From Lachnospiraceae bacterium (GTDB taxonomy: Bacteria > Bacillota > Clostridia > Lachnospirales > Lachnospiraceae), in contig JAUNGD010000010.1 of the NCBI GenBank assembly GCA_030524705.1, positions 9,345 through 73,344 on the forward strand: 64,000 nt of DNA, in the 5' to 3' direction. The notes under the pieces were generated by a model. It made no database searches. It was not told where the DNA came from and was given only the letters and a program-made list of their open reading frames with translations. Positions 39,569 through 51,915 of this stretch are shown here, piece after piece (the stretch's first letter is position 1; each line of letters starts with the position of its first letter). Made by a program: the position numbers and the translations under genes.

Positions 39569-41380
39569 GTGGCAACAGATCAGAGTAAAATCAGAAATTT
39601 TTGTATTATAGCACATATCGACCATGGCAAATCAACGCTGGCTGACCGCATCATTGAGATGACGGGGCTTTTGACCAGCCGTGAGATGCAGAATCAGGTT
39701 CTGGACAATATGGATCTGGAGCGGGAGCGCGGGATCACCATTAAATCCCAGGCAGTACGCATTGTTTATAAGGCGAAAAACGGAGAAGAATACATTTTTA
39801 ATTTGATAGATACCCCAGGACACGTGGATTTTAATTATGAGGTATCCAGAAGCCTGGCGGCCTGCGACGGGGCGATCCTGGTGGTGGATGCGGCCCAGGG
39901 CATCGAGGCCCAGACGCTGGCAAACGTATATCTGGCGCTGGATCATGATCTGGATGTTATGCCCGTCATCAATAAGATTGACCTTCCCAGCGCAGAGCCG
40001 GAGCGGGTCATCAATGAGATTGAGGATGTTATCGGCATCGAGGCTCAGGATGCGCCGCTGATTTCAGCTAAGACGGGACAGAATGTGGAGCAGGTGCTGG
40101 AGGCCATCGTGGAAAAGATTCCGGCCCCAAAGGGAGACCCGGATGCGCCGCTGCAAGCACTTATTTTTGACTCGGTTTACGATTCCTATAAGGGCGTTAT
40201 CATATTTGTGCGTATCATGGAGGGAACGGTCAAAAAGGGTACGCCGATCCGCATGATGGCGACAGGAGCAGAGGCAGATGTGGTGGAAGCCGGCTATTTT
40301 GGAGCGGGACAGTTCATTCCCTGCGAGGAGCTCAGCGCCGGTATGGTAGGCTATCTGACCGCCAGCCTGAAAAATGTGAAGGATACCCGGGTGGGCGATA
40401 CGGTGACCTGTGTCACGAATCCCTGCGCCGCGCCGCTGCCGGGCTATAAGAAGGTTAATCCGATGGTGTACTGCGGGATGTATCCGGCGGACGGGGCAAA
40501 ATACCCGGATCTGCGGGATGCGCTGGAAAAGCTTCAGCTCAATGATGCCTCCCTGCAGTTTGAGCCGGAGACCTCCATTGCTCTGGGCTTTGGTTTCCGC
40601 TGCGGTTTCCTTGGCCTTCTGCATCTGGAAATCATTCAGGAGCGTCTGGAGCGGGAATACAATCTCGATCTCGTGACGACTGCTCCCAGTGTTATTTACA
40701 AGGTCTATAAGACAAACGGAGAGGTTATTGAACTGACGAATCCCTCGAATCTCCCGGATCCTTCGGAGATCGAATACATGGAGGAGCCGGTGGTGGCCGC
40801 CGAGATCATGGTGACGACGGAATTTATCGGTTCGATCATGGAGCTGTGCCAGGAACGGCGCGGCATCTACGGAGGTATGGAGTATATTGAGGAGACAAGA
40901 GCACTTCTGAAATATACGCTGCCTCTGAATGAGATTATTTATGACTTTTTTGACGCGTTGAAATCCCGCTCGAGAGGGTATGCGTCCTTCGATTATGAGC
41001 TGAAGGGCTATCAGCGCTCCGAGCTTGTGAAGCTGGATATTCTTGTGAACCGTGAGGAGGTGGATGCGCTTTCCTTTATCGTACACGGGGAGACGGCCTA
41101 TGAGCGCGGAAGAAAGATGTGCGAGAAGCTGAAGGAAGAAATACCGAGACAACTGTTTGAGATTCCGATTCAGGCAGCCATCGGCAGCAAGATCATCGCC
41201 CGGGAGACCGTCAAGGCCATGCGGAAGGACGTTCTTGCTAAGTGCTACGGCGGCGATATTACGCGAAAGAAAAAGCTTCTGGAAAAACAGAAGGAAGGAA
41301 AAAAGCGTATGCGTCAGGTAGGAAACGTGGAGATTCCGCAGAAGGCGTTTATGAGCGTTTTGAAGCTGGATGATAAATAG
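39569..41380 (+). CDS. lepA: elongation factor 4 (LepA)
   Basis: [57 protein letters not shown]; GTG start behind GAGGAGG. Confidence 0.98.
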   Translation: MATDQSKIRNFCIIAHIDHGKSTLADRIIEMTGLLTSREMQNQVLDNMDLERERGITIKSQAVRIVYKAKNGEEYIFNLIDTPGHVDFNYEVSRSLAACDGAILVVDAAQGIEAQTLANVYLALDHDLDVMPVINKIDLPSAEPERVINEIEDVIGIEAQDAPLISAKTGQNVEQVLEAIVEKIPAPKGDPDAPLQALIFDSVYDSYKGVIIFVRIMEGTVKKGTPIRMMATGAEADVVEAGYFGAGQFIPCEELSAGMVGYLTASLKNVKDTRVGDTVTCVTNPCAAPLPGYKKVNPMVYCGMYPADGAKYPDLRDALEKLQLNDASLQFEPETSIALGFGFRCGFLGLLHLEIIQERLEREYNLDLVTTAPSVIYKVYKTNGEVIELTNPSNLPDPSEIEYMEEPVVAAEIMVTTEFIGSIMELCQERRGIYGGMEYIEETRALLKYTLPLNEIIYDFFDALKSRSRGYASFDYELKGYQRSELVKLDILVNREEVDALSFIVHGETAYERGRKMCEKLKEEIPRQLFEIPIQAAIGSKIIARETVKAMRKDVLAKCYGGDITRKKKLLEKQKEGKKRMRQVGNVEIPQKAFMSVLKLDDK

Positions 41381-41394
41381 GCAGGGAGAGAAGC

Positions 41395-42039
41395 ATGGAA
41401 GCACCGGGCGTATCCAATTATGAAAGGCTTTGTGAGGACTGGCGGAAAAAGTTCCTGGGAATGGATCAGGAGAAGCTTTGCAAAAAGCTGCCGGAGCTCA
41501 AAAAAGAGGGAGAGTATCTGACTCTGCTTCATTTTGGCAGGAAATTCGGCGTTCATAGGACGACGGGAAAAATAGCCGCCCTGGCGGATGAAAGGCCGGT
41601 ATCCTTTACTACGCAGATGGATATTTACAATCTGTTCTGGTATTCGAAGGAAACGGCATGTATTCGGAACCGCTGGGTTCCCTTCCGGGATGTCCGGGAC
41701 GCCAGCCCCTTTGCGCCGGCCTTTGAAAGAAACGTGCTGGTTCCCTTTGCACAGACCTTTTCCGGGAAAACGGAGCTTCTGCGAAAAGCCGCCCAGAGTC
41801 TGGACGCTGAGATGGTAGAGCACGGGGACGTTGGATTTATCCTGAAATGCTTTGCATGTATTCCCATGCAGTTTCTGTTTTGGGATGCCGATGACGAGTT
41901 CCCGGCCCAGTCCAATATTTTGTTTGATTACGGCGTGACGGATTACATTCATGTGGAATCCACGGTCACGCTGGCGACAGAGGGCATGCTGCGGCTGACG
42001 GAGGCCGCCGGGATAAAACAGAAGGGAAGCGTGCTTTAG
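41395..42039 (+). CDS. DUF3786 domain-containing protein
   Basis: WVPFRDV...F, FWDADDEFPAQSNILFD, HVES pattern. Confidence 0.7.
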   Translation: MEAPGVSNYERLCEDWRKKFLGMDQEKLCKKLPELKKEGEYLTLLHFGRKFGVHRTTGKIAALADERPVSFTTQMDIYNLFWYSKETACIRNRWVPFRDVRDASPFAPAFERNVLVPFAQTFSGKTELLRKAAQSLDAEMVEHGDVGFILKCFACIPMQFLFWDADDEFPAQSNILFDYGVTDYIHVESTVTLATEGMLRLTEAAGIKQKGSVL

Positions 42040-42152
42040 AGGCTGCTGGGATAAAGCGGAAGGGAAGCGTACTTTAGAGGCCGCCGGGATAAAGCAGAAG
42101 GGAAGCGTGCTTTAGGGGCTGCCGGAATGAAGCTGAAAGAAAGTGTGCTTGA
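42001..42152 (+). repeat. 38-bp tandem repeat x4 spanning the DUF3786 stop codon
   Basis: Unit GAGGCCGCCGGGATAAAACAGAAGGGAAGCGTGCTTTA at 42001, 42039, 42077, 42115. Confidence 0.92.
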
Positions 42153-42180
42153 AACAGGAAGCATTTGAGGAAAAGAAAAT

Positions 42181-43356
42181 ATGGGTTCATCTATGGAAAG
42201 ACAGCAGAAAAAGGAACTGGAATTATACGTGCATATTCCGTTTTGCGTCAGAAAATGTGCATACTGTGATTTCCTTTCGGCGCCGGCAGCGTTTTCTGCC
42301 CAGGAAGTATACATAAATGCGCTTAAAAAAGAAATTGAAAACTTTCCATACAGCGAAGAATACCGTGTCACCACGGTATTTTTTGGTGGAGGAACGCCCT
42401 CTATCCTGCCGGAGGAATGGCTCTGCGGGTTGCTGGAGCTGATGCGGAGAAAATTTTATTTTGATGCGAATGCGGAGGTGACGGTGGAGTGTAATCCGGG
42501 AACAGTAGATGCAGAAAAGCTGAGGAGCTATCGGAAGGCCGGGATAAACCGGCTCAGCATCGGCCTTCAGTCTGCGGATAACCGGGAGCTGGCTCTGCTG
42601 GGGCGTATTCATTCCTGGGAGGATTTTTGCAGAACGTACGAGCTTGCGAGGGCGGCAGGATTTACCAATATAAATGTAGATTTGATGTCGGCGCTGCCGG
42701 GGCAGACGGTTTCCACCTGGGAACAAACGCTGCGGAGGGTGCTGGAAAAAGCCCCGGAGCATATTTCGGCCTACAGTCTGATAGTGGAGAAGGGAACGCC
42801 CTTTTATGAGAGGTATCACAGCGATGTGAAGCGGCGCGACCGGGGAGAGAAGCCGGAAGTTCTGCCCTCGGAGGAGGAGGAACGCCGGATGTACGAGCTG
42901 ACGGAGCAATTGCTGGCCGGGGTCGGAATGCACCGCTATGAGATCTCGAATTATGCACGGCCGGGGTATGAATGCCGTCACAACAAAGGCTACTGGCAGG
43001 GAATTGATTATGCTGGCTTCGGACTGGGGGCCTCATCGCTGCTGCGTCCGGTCCGGTACCGGAATCCCGAAGGGATGCAGGATTATCTGGCGGGAGATTT
43101 TTCAAAAAGAGAAGAGGAGCTTTTGACCCGGGAGGATCAGATGGAGGAATTCATGTTTCTTGGCCTGCGGCTGACACAGGGAGTTCTGGAAAAGGAATTT
43201 TCGGAACGGTTCGGAGCACAGATCGACGCGGTATACGGTGACGTACTGCGCCGTCAGGAGAACCTGGGGCTTCTAAAAAGAGATGAGGGAAGAATCTGCC
43301 TGACCCCCCGGGGCCTTGATCTGAGCAATGCAGTGATGGCGGAGTTTTTATTTTAA
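42181..43356 (+). CDS. hemW: radical SAM heme chaperone HemW (HemN-like)
   Basis: YVHIPFCVRKCAYCDF, FFGGGTPS, YEISNYA, HNKGYW; position upstream of hrcA. Confidence 0.93.
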   Translation: MGSSMERQQKKELELYVHIPFCVRKCAYCDFLSAPAAFSAQEVYINALKKEIENFPYSEEYRVTTVFFGGGTPSILPEEWLCGLLELMRRKFYFDANAEVTVECNPGTVDAEKLRSYRKAGINRLSIGLQSADNRELALLGRIHSWEDFCRTYELARAAGFTNINVDLMSALPGQTVSTWEQTLRRVLEKAPEHISAYSLIVEKGTPFYERYHSDVKRRDRGEKPEVLPSEEEERRMYELTEQLLAGVGMHRYEISNYARPGYECRHNKGYWQGIDYAGFGLGASSLLRPVRYRNPEGMQDYLAGDFSKREEELLTREDQMEEFMFLGLRLTQGVLEKEFSERFGAQIDAVYGDVLRRQENLGLLKRDEGRICLTPRGLDLSNAVMAEFLF

Positions 43357-43374
43357 TGCCAGTGTCCGCCGAAG

Positions 43375-43464
43375 GTATAAAAGGACGGGCGTATAAACAG
43401 ACAGGCGTATAAACAGACAAGTGTATAAACGGTGCAGACGTATAAATGATGTAGAACGTATAAA
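43375..43464 (+). repeat. six GTATAAA-cored direct repeats (period 16-18 bp)
   Basis: GTATAAA at 43375, 43391, 43407, 43423, 43440, 43458. Confidence 0.85.
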
Positions 43465-43519
43465 AAGCTGCGGCATGGCAAATCCTGATGTCAGGAGAAC
43501 ACTGTCCGCAGCTTTTTAT
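43460..43519. terminator. bidirectional terminator between hemW and the SGNH gene
   Basis: ATAAAAAGCTGCGG...TCCTGA-TG-TCAGGA...CCGCAGCTTTTTAT. Confidence 0.7.
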
Positions 43520-43520
43520 C

Positions 43521-44255
43521 TTATGAAGAAATTTTGCTTTCTGCCTTCTGTACCTCTTTGGCGGCAAAATCATGGATGGCGCGGTAATCCTCCTCCGAGT
43601 AATGGATCCCGTCGATGGTGACGGCATCGTTTGCCCGCAGGAAAGTATAGCTGTCGATGTAAGTATCCGAAAAGGTCTGCTTCAGATGGTTGTTAAAGTC
43701 GGTAATCTCTTCGTTGGTGATGTTTTTGCACACGGCAGGATCAATGGGATTGACGGACAGGAAGTAAAAATGTGTGTCCGGGTATTCCTCCAAAAGAGAT
43801 TCATATAATACAAGGTAATTATCCATGTTGTCGTAATCGTTCACGCCGAAATTGAATACCACCGGGGCCCCGGGATAATCTGCAATGGCCTCTTTTACCT
43901 GGGGAAGGCCGGTTTCAGACAGCCAGTCGTAGCCCTCGCCGGAAGCGCCTATGTAAAGATCGTCATTTTTCATGGCGTCCCGCATGCCTATGGTCCGGGA
44001 GTCTCCGACCCAGACGATAAACGGGCTCTCCGCAGAGGATCCGGCGGAAGCATCCTTAGATGCGGCTTTTGCAGGATCTGATTCGGCCTCTGTCTGATGA
44101 AGCGCCTGGAGAAACGCATCCGCTTCTGATTCGGCGGTGGTGCCGGAGGAAAATGCATCCTCTTTATACTGTAGCGTCAGGTACGCGGCGAGAGCGCCCA
44201 GGGCAATGATCGCAGCAACGGCGAGTACAATTCCGGTAACTGTTCCCTTCTTCAT
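43521..44255 (-). CDS. membrane-anchored SGNH/GDSL hydrolase family protein
   Basis: N-terminal TM; WVGDSRT, FGVND, FLSVNP, DGIHY; start moved to ATG 44255 behind GAGAGG. Confidence 0.82.
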   Translation of the reverse strand: MKKGTVTGIVLAVAAIIALGALAAYLTLQYKEDAFSSGTTAESEADAFLQALHQTEAESDPAKAASKDASAGSSAESPFIVWVGDSRTIGMRDAMKNDDLYIGASGEGYDWLSETGLPQVKEAIADYPGAPVVFNFGVNDYDNMDNYLVLYESLLEEYPDTHFYFLSVNPIDPAVCKNITNEEITDFNNHLKQTFSDTYIDSYTFLRANDAVTIDGIHYSEEDYRAIHDFAAKEVQKAESKISS

Positions 44256-44385
44256 ATAATATGTCCTCTCGAAAGTCATTTAGCAGTTTTCTACTGAGTA
44301 ATACTATACCATAATTGGCAGAAAAGTCAAACTTTATAGGACGGGAGGTTTCGACAAGGTTTGCATAAAAAAATAAAAAATGCTA

Positions 44386-44414
44386 TTGACAAAAGATACG
44401 TGGGGTATTATATT
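44386..44414 (+). promoter_or_regulatory. sigma-A promoter of the hrcA-grpE-dnaK-dnaJ operon
   Basis: TTGACA-N17-TATATT. Confidence 0.8.
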
Positions 44415-44428
44415 ATCAACGTAAGGTG

Positions 44429-44455
44429 TTAGCACTCAAGATAAGAGAGTGCTAA
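44429..44455. promoter_or_regulatory. CIRCE operator (HrcA binding site)
   Basis: Perfect TTAGCACTC-N9-GAGTGCTAA. Confidence 0.98.
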
Positions 44456-44481
44456 CAAGGAAACAGAAGGGAGGAGTTCAG

Positions 44482-45504
44482 ATGCAGCTGGATGATAGAA
44501 AATGGACGATACTGAAAGCTATCATCAAGACATATCTGGAGACGGGCGAGCCGGTGGGCTCCAGGACGATTTCCAAGTATGCCGATTTGAATCTGAGTTC
44601 CGCTACCATACGAAATGAAATGTCCGATCTGGAGGATATGGGACTGATCCTTCAGCCTCACACTTCCGCGGGCCGGATTCCGTCGGACGCGGGCTACCGC
44701 TTATATGTAGACCACATGATGGAGGAAAAAGACCGGGAAGTCACTGAGATGAAGGAAATGATGATTCAGAGGCAGGACAGGATGGAGCTGCTGCTGAAGC
44801 AGCTGGCGAGAGTCCTGGCTACGAATACGAATTATGCGGCGATGATTTCCGGGCCGCAGTACCATCGGACGAAGCTCAAATTTATTCAGCTTTCCATTAT
44901 CAGTGCGACGCAGATCCTTGCCGTCATCGTGGCGGAGGGGAATATTGTCAAGAACAAGATGATCCAGATTGAGCATGGTCTGGATCAGCAGACGGTTCTT
45001 GAGATGAATATTCTGCTGAACAGCGCGCTCAATGGACTGACGCTGGAGGAGATCAATCTCAGCACGATATCAAAGCTGAAGGAGCAGGCTGGCATACACA
45101 GCGAGGTAGTGAACCAGGTACTGGACGCTGTTGCAGAGACAATCCAATCTGAAAATGACGTAGAGATCTATACCAGCGGTGCGACGAACATTTTTAAATA
45201 TCCAGAGCTGAGCAGCAGTGAGAAGGCCAGTGAGCTGATCAGCGCATTTGAGGAAAAAAAGGATCTGGTCGATATGATCAGCAGTGACGATATTCAGGAG
45301 ACCGGGATTCAGGTTTACATCGGTCAGGAAACGCCGATCCAGTCCATGCAGGACTGCAGTGTGGTCACGGCTACGTATGAGATCGGGGAGGGCATGTACG
45401 GCAGGATAGGCGTCATCGGCCCGAAGCGTATGGATTATGACAAAGTGGTCAGCACGTTAAAGACTCTGATGGCACAGCTGGATCAGATATTTAAGAAAGA
45501 ATAG
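44482..45504 (+). CDS. hrcA: heat-inducible transcription repressor HrcA
   Basis: EPVGSRTI, SSATIRNEMSDLE, PHTSAGRIPS, GVIGPKRMDY. Confidence 0.98.
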   Translation: MQLDDRKWTILKAIIKTYLETGEPVGSRTISKYADLNLSSATIRNEMSDLEDMGLILQPHTSAGRIPSDAGYRLYVDHMMEEKDREVTEMKEMMIQRQDRMELLLKQLARVLATNTNYAAMISGPQYHRTKLKFIQLSIISATQILAVIVAEGNIVKNKMIQIEHGLDQQTVLEMNILLNSALNGLTLEEINLSTISKLKEQAGIHSEVVNQVLDAVAETIQSENDVEIYTSGATNIFKYPELSSSEKASELISAFEEKKDLVDMISSDDIQETGIQVYIGQETPIQSMQDCSVVTATYEIGEGMYGRIGVIGPKRMDYDKVVSTLKTLMAQLDQIFKKE

Positions 45505-45520
45505 GAAGGTGGAATAGCCA

Positions 45521-46153
45521 GTGGAAGAGAACAGACAGGAAGAAATTCTGGATGAAACTGCTGCAGAGGCAGACGAGGCTGAAGCCAGGGAAGTGATAGA
45601 AGATATTCAGGAGGAAACTCAGAGCGAAGAATCCTCTGAGCCTGATACGGAGGAGGCACAGCCGGAGGAACAGGAGGAGCAGAAAAAGCGGGGCCTGTTC
45701 GGAAAGAAAAAGAAGGACAAAAAGGATGTACAGATCGAGGAGCTGACGGACCGCGTACAGCGCCAGATGGCAGAATTCGACAACTTCCGCAAGCGCTCCG
45801 AAAAAGAAAAGTCCGCGATGTACGAGGTAGGGGCCAAGAGTGTGATCGAAAAGATCCTTCCCACCATCGACAATTTTGAGCGGGGCTTTGCAGGACTTAC
45901 GGAGGAGCAGAAGGAAGATCCCTTCGTACAGGGAATGGAAAAGGTATACCGTCAGATGCTGACGACGCTGGAAGGCATCGGCGTTACCCCCATCGAAGCG
46001 GTGGGAAAAGAGTTTGATCCGAATTTCCATAACGCAGTGATGCACGTGGAGGACGAAGAGGCCGGTGAGAACATTGTGGTGGAGGAATTTCAGAAAGGAT
46101 ACCTTTACCGTGACAGCGTTGTGAGACACAGCATGGTCAAGGTGGCAAACTAG
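45521..46153 (+). CDS. grpE: nucleotide exchange factor GrpE
   Basis: AEFDNFRKR, FDPNFHNAV, QKGY...R..MVKV. Confidence 0.97.
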   Translation: MEENRQEEILDETAAEADEAEAREVIEDIQEETQSEESSEPDTEEAQPEEQEEQKKRGLFGKKKKDKKDVQIEELTDRVQRQMAEFDNFRKRSEKEKSAMYEVGAKSVIEKILPTIDNFERGFAGLTEEQKEDPFVQGMEKVYRQMLTTLEGIGVTPIEAVGKEFDPNFHNAVMHVEDEEAGENIVVEEFQKGYLYRDSVVRHSMVKVAN

Positions 46154-46179
46154 CAGGCAACAGGTTTTATCTGATATAG

Positions 46180-48102
<1,923 letters not shown>

Positions 48103-48127
48103 AAAGCTTTCATAAGACAATAACAAA

Positions 48128-48164
48128 GCGATACCCCTGAGGGAATTACTCTCAGGGGCATTGC
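48128..48164 (+). other. stem-loop between dnaK and dnaJ
   Basis: GCGATACCCCTGAGGG-AATTA-CTCTCAGGGGCATTGC. Confidence 0.65.
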
Positions 48165-48252
48165 AGGTGTAGCGGTATGCAGGAGAGATAATAGCAGGGG
48201 CGGCCCGGGACGCGGCGGCCATGCCGCAGCACCGGAGTAAGAGGTGGTATAG

Positions 48253-49440
48253 ATGGCAGAGAATAAAAGAGATTATTACGAGGTCCTCGGCGTAGACAAA
48301 AATGCGGATGAGGCTGCATTAAAAAAAGCATACAGGGTTCTTGCAAAAAAATACCATCCGGATATGAACCCAGGGGATGCCGAGGCAGAGAAAAAGTTTA
48401 AAGAAGCATCAGAAGCGTATGCGGTGCTCAGTGATCCGGAGAAGAGAAGACAGTATGACCAGTTCGGTCACGCTGCATTTGAACAGGGCGGTCCGGGAGC
48501 AGGAGGCTTCGGGGGCTTTGACGGCTTTAATTTTAGCGGCGATATGGGTGACATTTTCGGCGATATTTTCGGCGACCTGTTCGGAGGCGGAAGACGCCGG
48601 GGCGGTTCCCAGGGACCGATGCAGGGGGCAAATGTCAGGACGAGTGTGCGGATTACCTTTGAAGAGGCGATTTTCGGCTGCGAGAAGGAGATCGAGCTCA
48701 GTCTGAAGGATGAGTGTACAAAGTGCCACGGTACGGGAGCGAAGCCGGGAACTTCCCCGGAGACGTGCCCGAAGTGCGGCGGCAAGGGCCAGGTGGTCTT
48801 TACACAGCAGTCCCTGTTCGGCACGGTGCAGAATGTGCAGACGTGTCCTGAATGTCACGGCACCGGAAAAATCATCAAGGATAAGTGCCCTGACTGTTAC
48901 GGCACAGGCTATATTTCCAATAAGAAAAAGATCAAGGTTACGATTCCGGCAGGTATCGACGACGGCCAGAGCATTCGGATCCGGGAAAAGGGAGAGCCGG
49001 GTACCAACGGCGGCCCGCGGGGGGATCTGCTGGTAGAGGTGATCGTGGGAAGACATCCGATCTTCCAGCGCCAGGATATGAATATCTACTCTACAGTGCC
49101 GATGAGCTTTGCTCAGGCAGCGCTGGGCGGCGATATCCGCATCAGCACGGTGGACGGCGATATTCTGTATACGATCAAGCCGGGGACCCAGACCGACACG
49201 AAGGTGCGTTTCAAGGGGAAGGGCGTGCCGTCTCTCCGCAACAAAAACGTGCGGGGCGACCATTATGTGACGCTGGTTATTCAGGTGCCCACAAAGCTGA
49301 ACGACGCTGCAAAGCAGGCGCTGAAGGAGTTTGACCTTGAATCCGGCAACAGCCTGGGGCAGGCGTCAGAGGAAAAGAAAACGGATAAGCCTAAGAAAAA
49401 AGGGTTTATGGATAAGCTGAAGGAAACCTTTGAGGACTAA
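48253..49440 (+). CDS. dnaJ: molecular chaperone DnaJ
   Basis: J domain HPD, G/F region, four CxxCxGxG repeats. Confidence 0.98.
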   Translation: MAENKRDYYEVLGVDKNADEAALKKAYRVLAKKYHPDMNPGDAEAEKKFKEASEAYAVLSDPEKRRQYDQFGHAAFEQGGPGAGGFGGFDGFNFSGDMGDIFGDIFGDLFGGGRRRGGSQGPMQGANVRTSVRITFEEAIFGCEKEIELSLKDECTKCHGTGAKPGTSPETCPKCGGKGQVVFTQQSLFGTVQNVQTCPECHGTGKIIKDKCPDCYGTGYISNKKKIKVTIPAGIDDGQSIRIREKGEPGTNGGPRGDLLVEVIVGRHPIFQRQDMNIYSTVPMSFAQAALGGDIRISTVDGDILYTIKPGTQTDTKVRFKGKGVPSLRNKNVRGDHYVTLVIQVPTKLNDAAKQALKEFDLESGNSLGQASEEKKTDKPKKKGFMDKLKETFED

Positions 49441-49530
49441 TATTTCAAAACAAAAAGAAAAGCAGGAGATATTGTTTCTAAGAGAATGGAAGCAATATCT
49501 CTTTTTTTGACTTTTATCAGTTCGTAGAAA

Positions 49531-49552
49531 TTTTAGTAAAATTTTAGTAAAA
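49531..49552. promoter_or_regulatory. putative LacI(EbgR/LacR-like) operator
   Basis: TTTTAGTAAAATTTTAGTAAAA, one substitution from a perfect palindrome, just upstream of the -35. Confidence 0.5.
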
Positions 49553-49556
49553 AATG

Positions 49557-49585
49557 TTGCTTTTTTCCTTGCTGCCGGATATAAT
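49557..49585 (+). promoter_or_regulatory. sigma-A promoter of the LacI gene
   Basis: TTGCTT-N17-TATAAT. Confidence 0.7.
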
Positions 49586-49629
49586 CGAGGTATGAGCAAT
49601 GTGGTTGGAGACGACAAGGAGGAGATGGA

Positions 49630-50607
49630 GTGGCGACGATTAAAGAGGTGGCGGCCCTGGCAGGGGTCTCCCTGACTACCGTTTCTCGGGTACTGAACCG
49701 TGATGACAGCCTGTCCGTTACACCGGAGGTACGCATGAAGATTTTCCGGGCGGCGAATCAGTTGAATTATATGCCGCCGCGTCAGCGCAGAGAGGCGAGC
49801 GGGAAAAAACAGCTTGTGATCGGTGTGGCGGACTGGAGAATTATCCGGCCGGACCGTCCGAATGTCCGGCTGTCTTCCCTGGCATGCATGCTGCAGCTTA
49901 TGACGAATCAGTATGAGGTATCCTTTGTGCGGCTGGCATACGGGCAGCAGCAGACCGTGGACGGTATCATTGCCTTCGGCGTGTTCAGCGATGAGGAGAT
50001 TACCTTTCTGCATTCTCTGTCCTATGCTGTGGTTTTTGTGAATTCCAATCAGAAAAATTATGAAAATGACCAGGTACAGCTTGATTTTGACCTGGGGCTT
50101 GAGGAGATGGTGCGGTATCTTCTAGACCGCAAACGGTACGCATCGGTGGGGTACATCGGAGGACTTTACGAGCAGGGCAACGTCAGGATCGGAGCAAACC
50201 GTTTGAACGGGCTGCAGAGAATTCTCAAAAACCGGGGACAGTACGAAGAAAAATTTTTCCATATAGGTGAGATCAGCCGGGAGAGCGGCTACGCCCTGGC
50301 GAAAAGGGCGGCGGAGGAAGGGAACCTTGCAGAGGCCATACTGCTGGGCAGTGATGAGATTGCAGAGGGGGCCCTGGAGGCCTTCGATGAGCTGGGGCTT
50401 CGGGTACCGAAGGATGTGGCGGTTATTATTTACCAGGACATCCAGACCCTGGAGAGCAAATGGCCCACAGGCACCTGTATTGAAATGTTTCCCGATTACG
50501 TATGGGAAAATGCGCTGGAAATGCTGATTGGGCGGATAGAGCAGAAACGGACCCAGGCAGTTACAGTCCTGGTGCCGACGCATATTCGGATCGGAGATAC
50601 GGCATGA
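49630..50607 (+). CDS. LacI-family transcriptional regulator (EbgR-like)
   Basis: MATIKEVAALAGVSLTTVSRVLNRDDSLSV HTH; GLRVPKDVAVI. Confidence 0.92.
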   Translation: MATIKEVAALAGVSLTTVSRVLNRDDSLSVTPEVRMKIFRAANQLNYMPPRQRREASGKKQLVIGVADWRIIRPDRPNVRLSSLACMLQLMTNQYEVSFVRLAYGQQQTVDGIIAFGVFSDEEITFLHSLSYAVVFVNSNQKNYENDQVQLDFDLGLEEMVRYLLDRKRYASVGYIGGLYEQGNVRIGANRLNGLQRILKNRGQYEEKFFHIGEISRESGYALAKRAAEEGNLAEAILLGSDEIAEGALEAFDELGLRVPKDVAVIIYQDIQTLESKWPTGTCIEMFPDYVWENALEMLIGRIEQKRTQAVTVLVPTHIRIGDTA

Positions 50608-50727
50608 TTTACAATGGTTGAAAGGGGGCATCCCTTCAATATAGTTCCTTACAGGAGCCCGCAGCAAAAGAACACTCAATAAGGGGAGCTGGGGCGTATT
50701 TTACAATGAAAAACAGGAGGGTAAAAA

Positions 50728-51768
50728 ATGAAGAAAACAGTATCCATGTTGTTGGCAGGAGCAATGTGCGCGGGGCTTTTTGCGGGAAGCACGACGCTGT
50801 ATGCCGCTGAGGGAGAGAACACGACGGTGGACAGGCTCAGTATAGCCTTTGTTCCGTCCAGGGAGCCGGATGAGATCATCACGGCAACGGAGCCTTTGAA
50901 GGAAATGCTGACGGGTGAGCTGGCGAACCTCGGCTATGATGTTGCAGAGGTGGATATTACAGTGGGTACCAGCTACGAAGCGGTGGGAGAGGCTCTTTCA
51001 GCAGGTACGGCAGATGTAGGGCTGATTCCGGGCGGTACTTATGTGCTTTATGACGACGGATGCGAGGTACTGCTGACGGCTACGAGAGACGGCTTGTCCA
51101 TTGATTCTGACAACGCAAAGGACTGGAACGACCAGGCTCCGACAGAGGCAAGTGAAAACCAGGTCACCAGCTACCGGGCGCTGATGATTGCGGGCCCCTC
51201 TGAAAAGGGACAGGAGCTGGCGGCAAAGGTCAACGCAGGAGAAGAGCTGACCTGGGAGGATATTGACAGTGCGAACTGGAGCGTGATGGGATCCTCCTCA
51301 CCGGCGGGCTATATTTATCCGTCGCTGTGGCTGCAGCAGAATTACGAAAAGAACATCACACAGCTTTCACATGCGGTACAGTCTGATTCCTATGGAAGCG
51401 CTTTTGCACGTCTGGCATCCGGCCAGGTGGATATTCTCTGTACGTATGCAGATGCGCGCCGGGATTACGTAGAAAAATGGAACAGCGAGTATGCAATGGA
51501 AAACAGCATCTGGGAGGACACGGCGGTTGTCGGTGTGACTCCGGCGATTTACAACGACACTATCAGCGTCAGCAATTCATCACCGGTCATGGACGATGCG
51601 TTTAAGGAAGCTCTGGCTCAGGCGTTTATCAACATCGGCGCGACAGAAGAGGGCAAGGAGGTCATTGCGATTTACAGCCATAACGGCTATCAGAAGGCGC
51701 AGGCATCCGATTATGATTCAGAGCGTGAGGCGCAGAAGATGATCCAGGAGCTGAACAGCGCTTCATAG
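50728..51768 (+). CDS. phnD: phosphate/phosphite/phosphonate ABC transporter substrate-binding protein
   Basis: AFVPS, TSYEAVGEAL, SYRALM, SSPAGYIYP, IYNDTIS; precedes phnC. Confidence 0.85.
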   Translation: MKKTVSMLLAGAMCAGLFAGSTTLYAAEGENTTVDRLSIAFVPSREPDEIITATEPLKEMLTGELANLGYDVAEVDITVGTSYEAVGEALSAGTADVGLIPGGTYVLYDDGCEVLLTATRDGLSIDSDNAKDWNDQAPTEASENQVTSYRALMIAGPSEKGQELAAKVNAGEELTWEDIDSANWSVMGSSSPAGYIYPSLWLQQNYEKNITQLSHAVQSDSYGSAFARLASGQVDILCTYADARRDYVEKWNSEYAMENSIWEDTAVVGVTPAIYNDTISVSNSSPVMDDAFKEALAQAFINIGATEEGKEVIAIYSHNGYQKAQASDYDSEREAQKMIQELNSAS

Positions 51769-51835
51769 GCGAATTCTGTATCATCCGGGGGAGCTGTTCA
51801 GACCGGAATCAGAAAGTCATATGGGACAAACACAT

Positions 51836-51867
51836 AGGGAGGAAGCGGGATGCTTGCCTCCCTTTTT
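51836..51867 (+). terminator. hairpin plus U tract after phnD
   Basis: AGGGAGGAAGC-GGGAT-GCTTGCCTCCCT-TTTT. Confidence 0.55.
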
Positions 51868-51915
51868 AAAAGAGAAGAGAACGGAACAGGCGCGGCCTGG
51901 GATACGAGGTAAGAG

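Noticed and set aside
42001-42152. Possible CRISPR array
   Set aside because: Contiguous 38-bp units with no unique spacers; the first unit is coding sequence.
42181-43356. Oxygen-independent coproporphyrinogen oxidase HemN
   Set aside because: The YVHIPFC and HNxxYW motifs and lepA-hrcA synteny indicate HemW.
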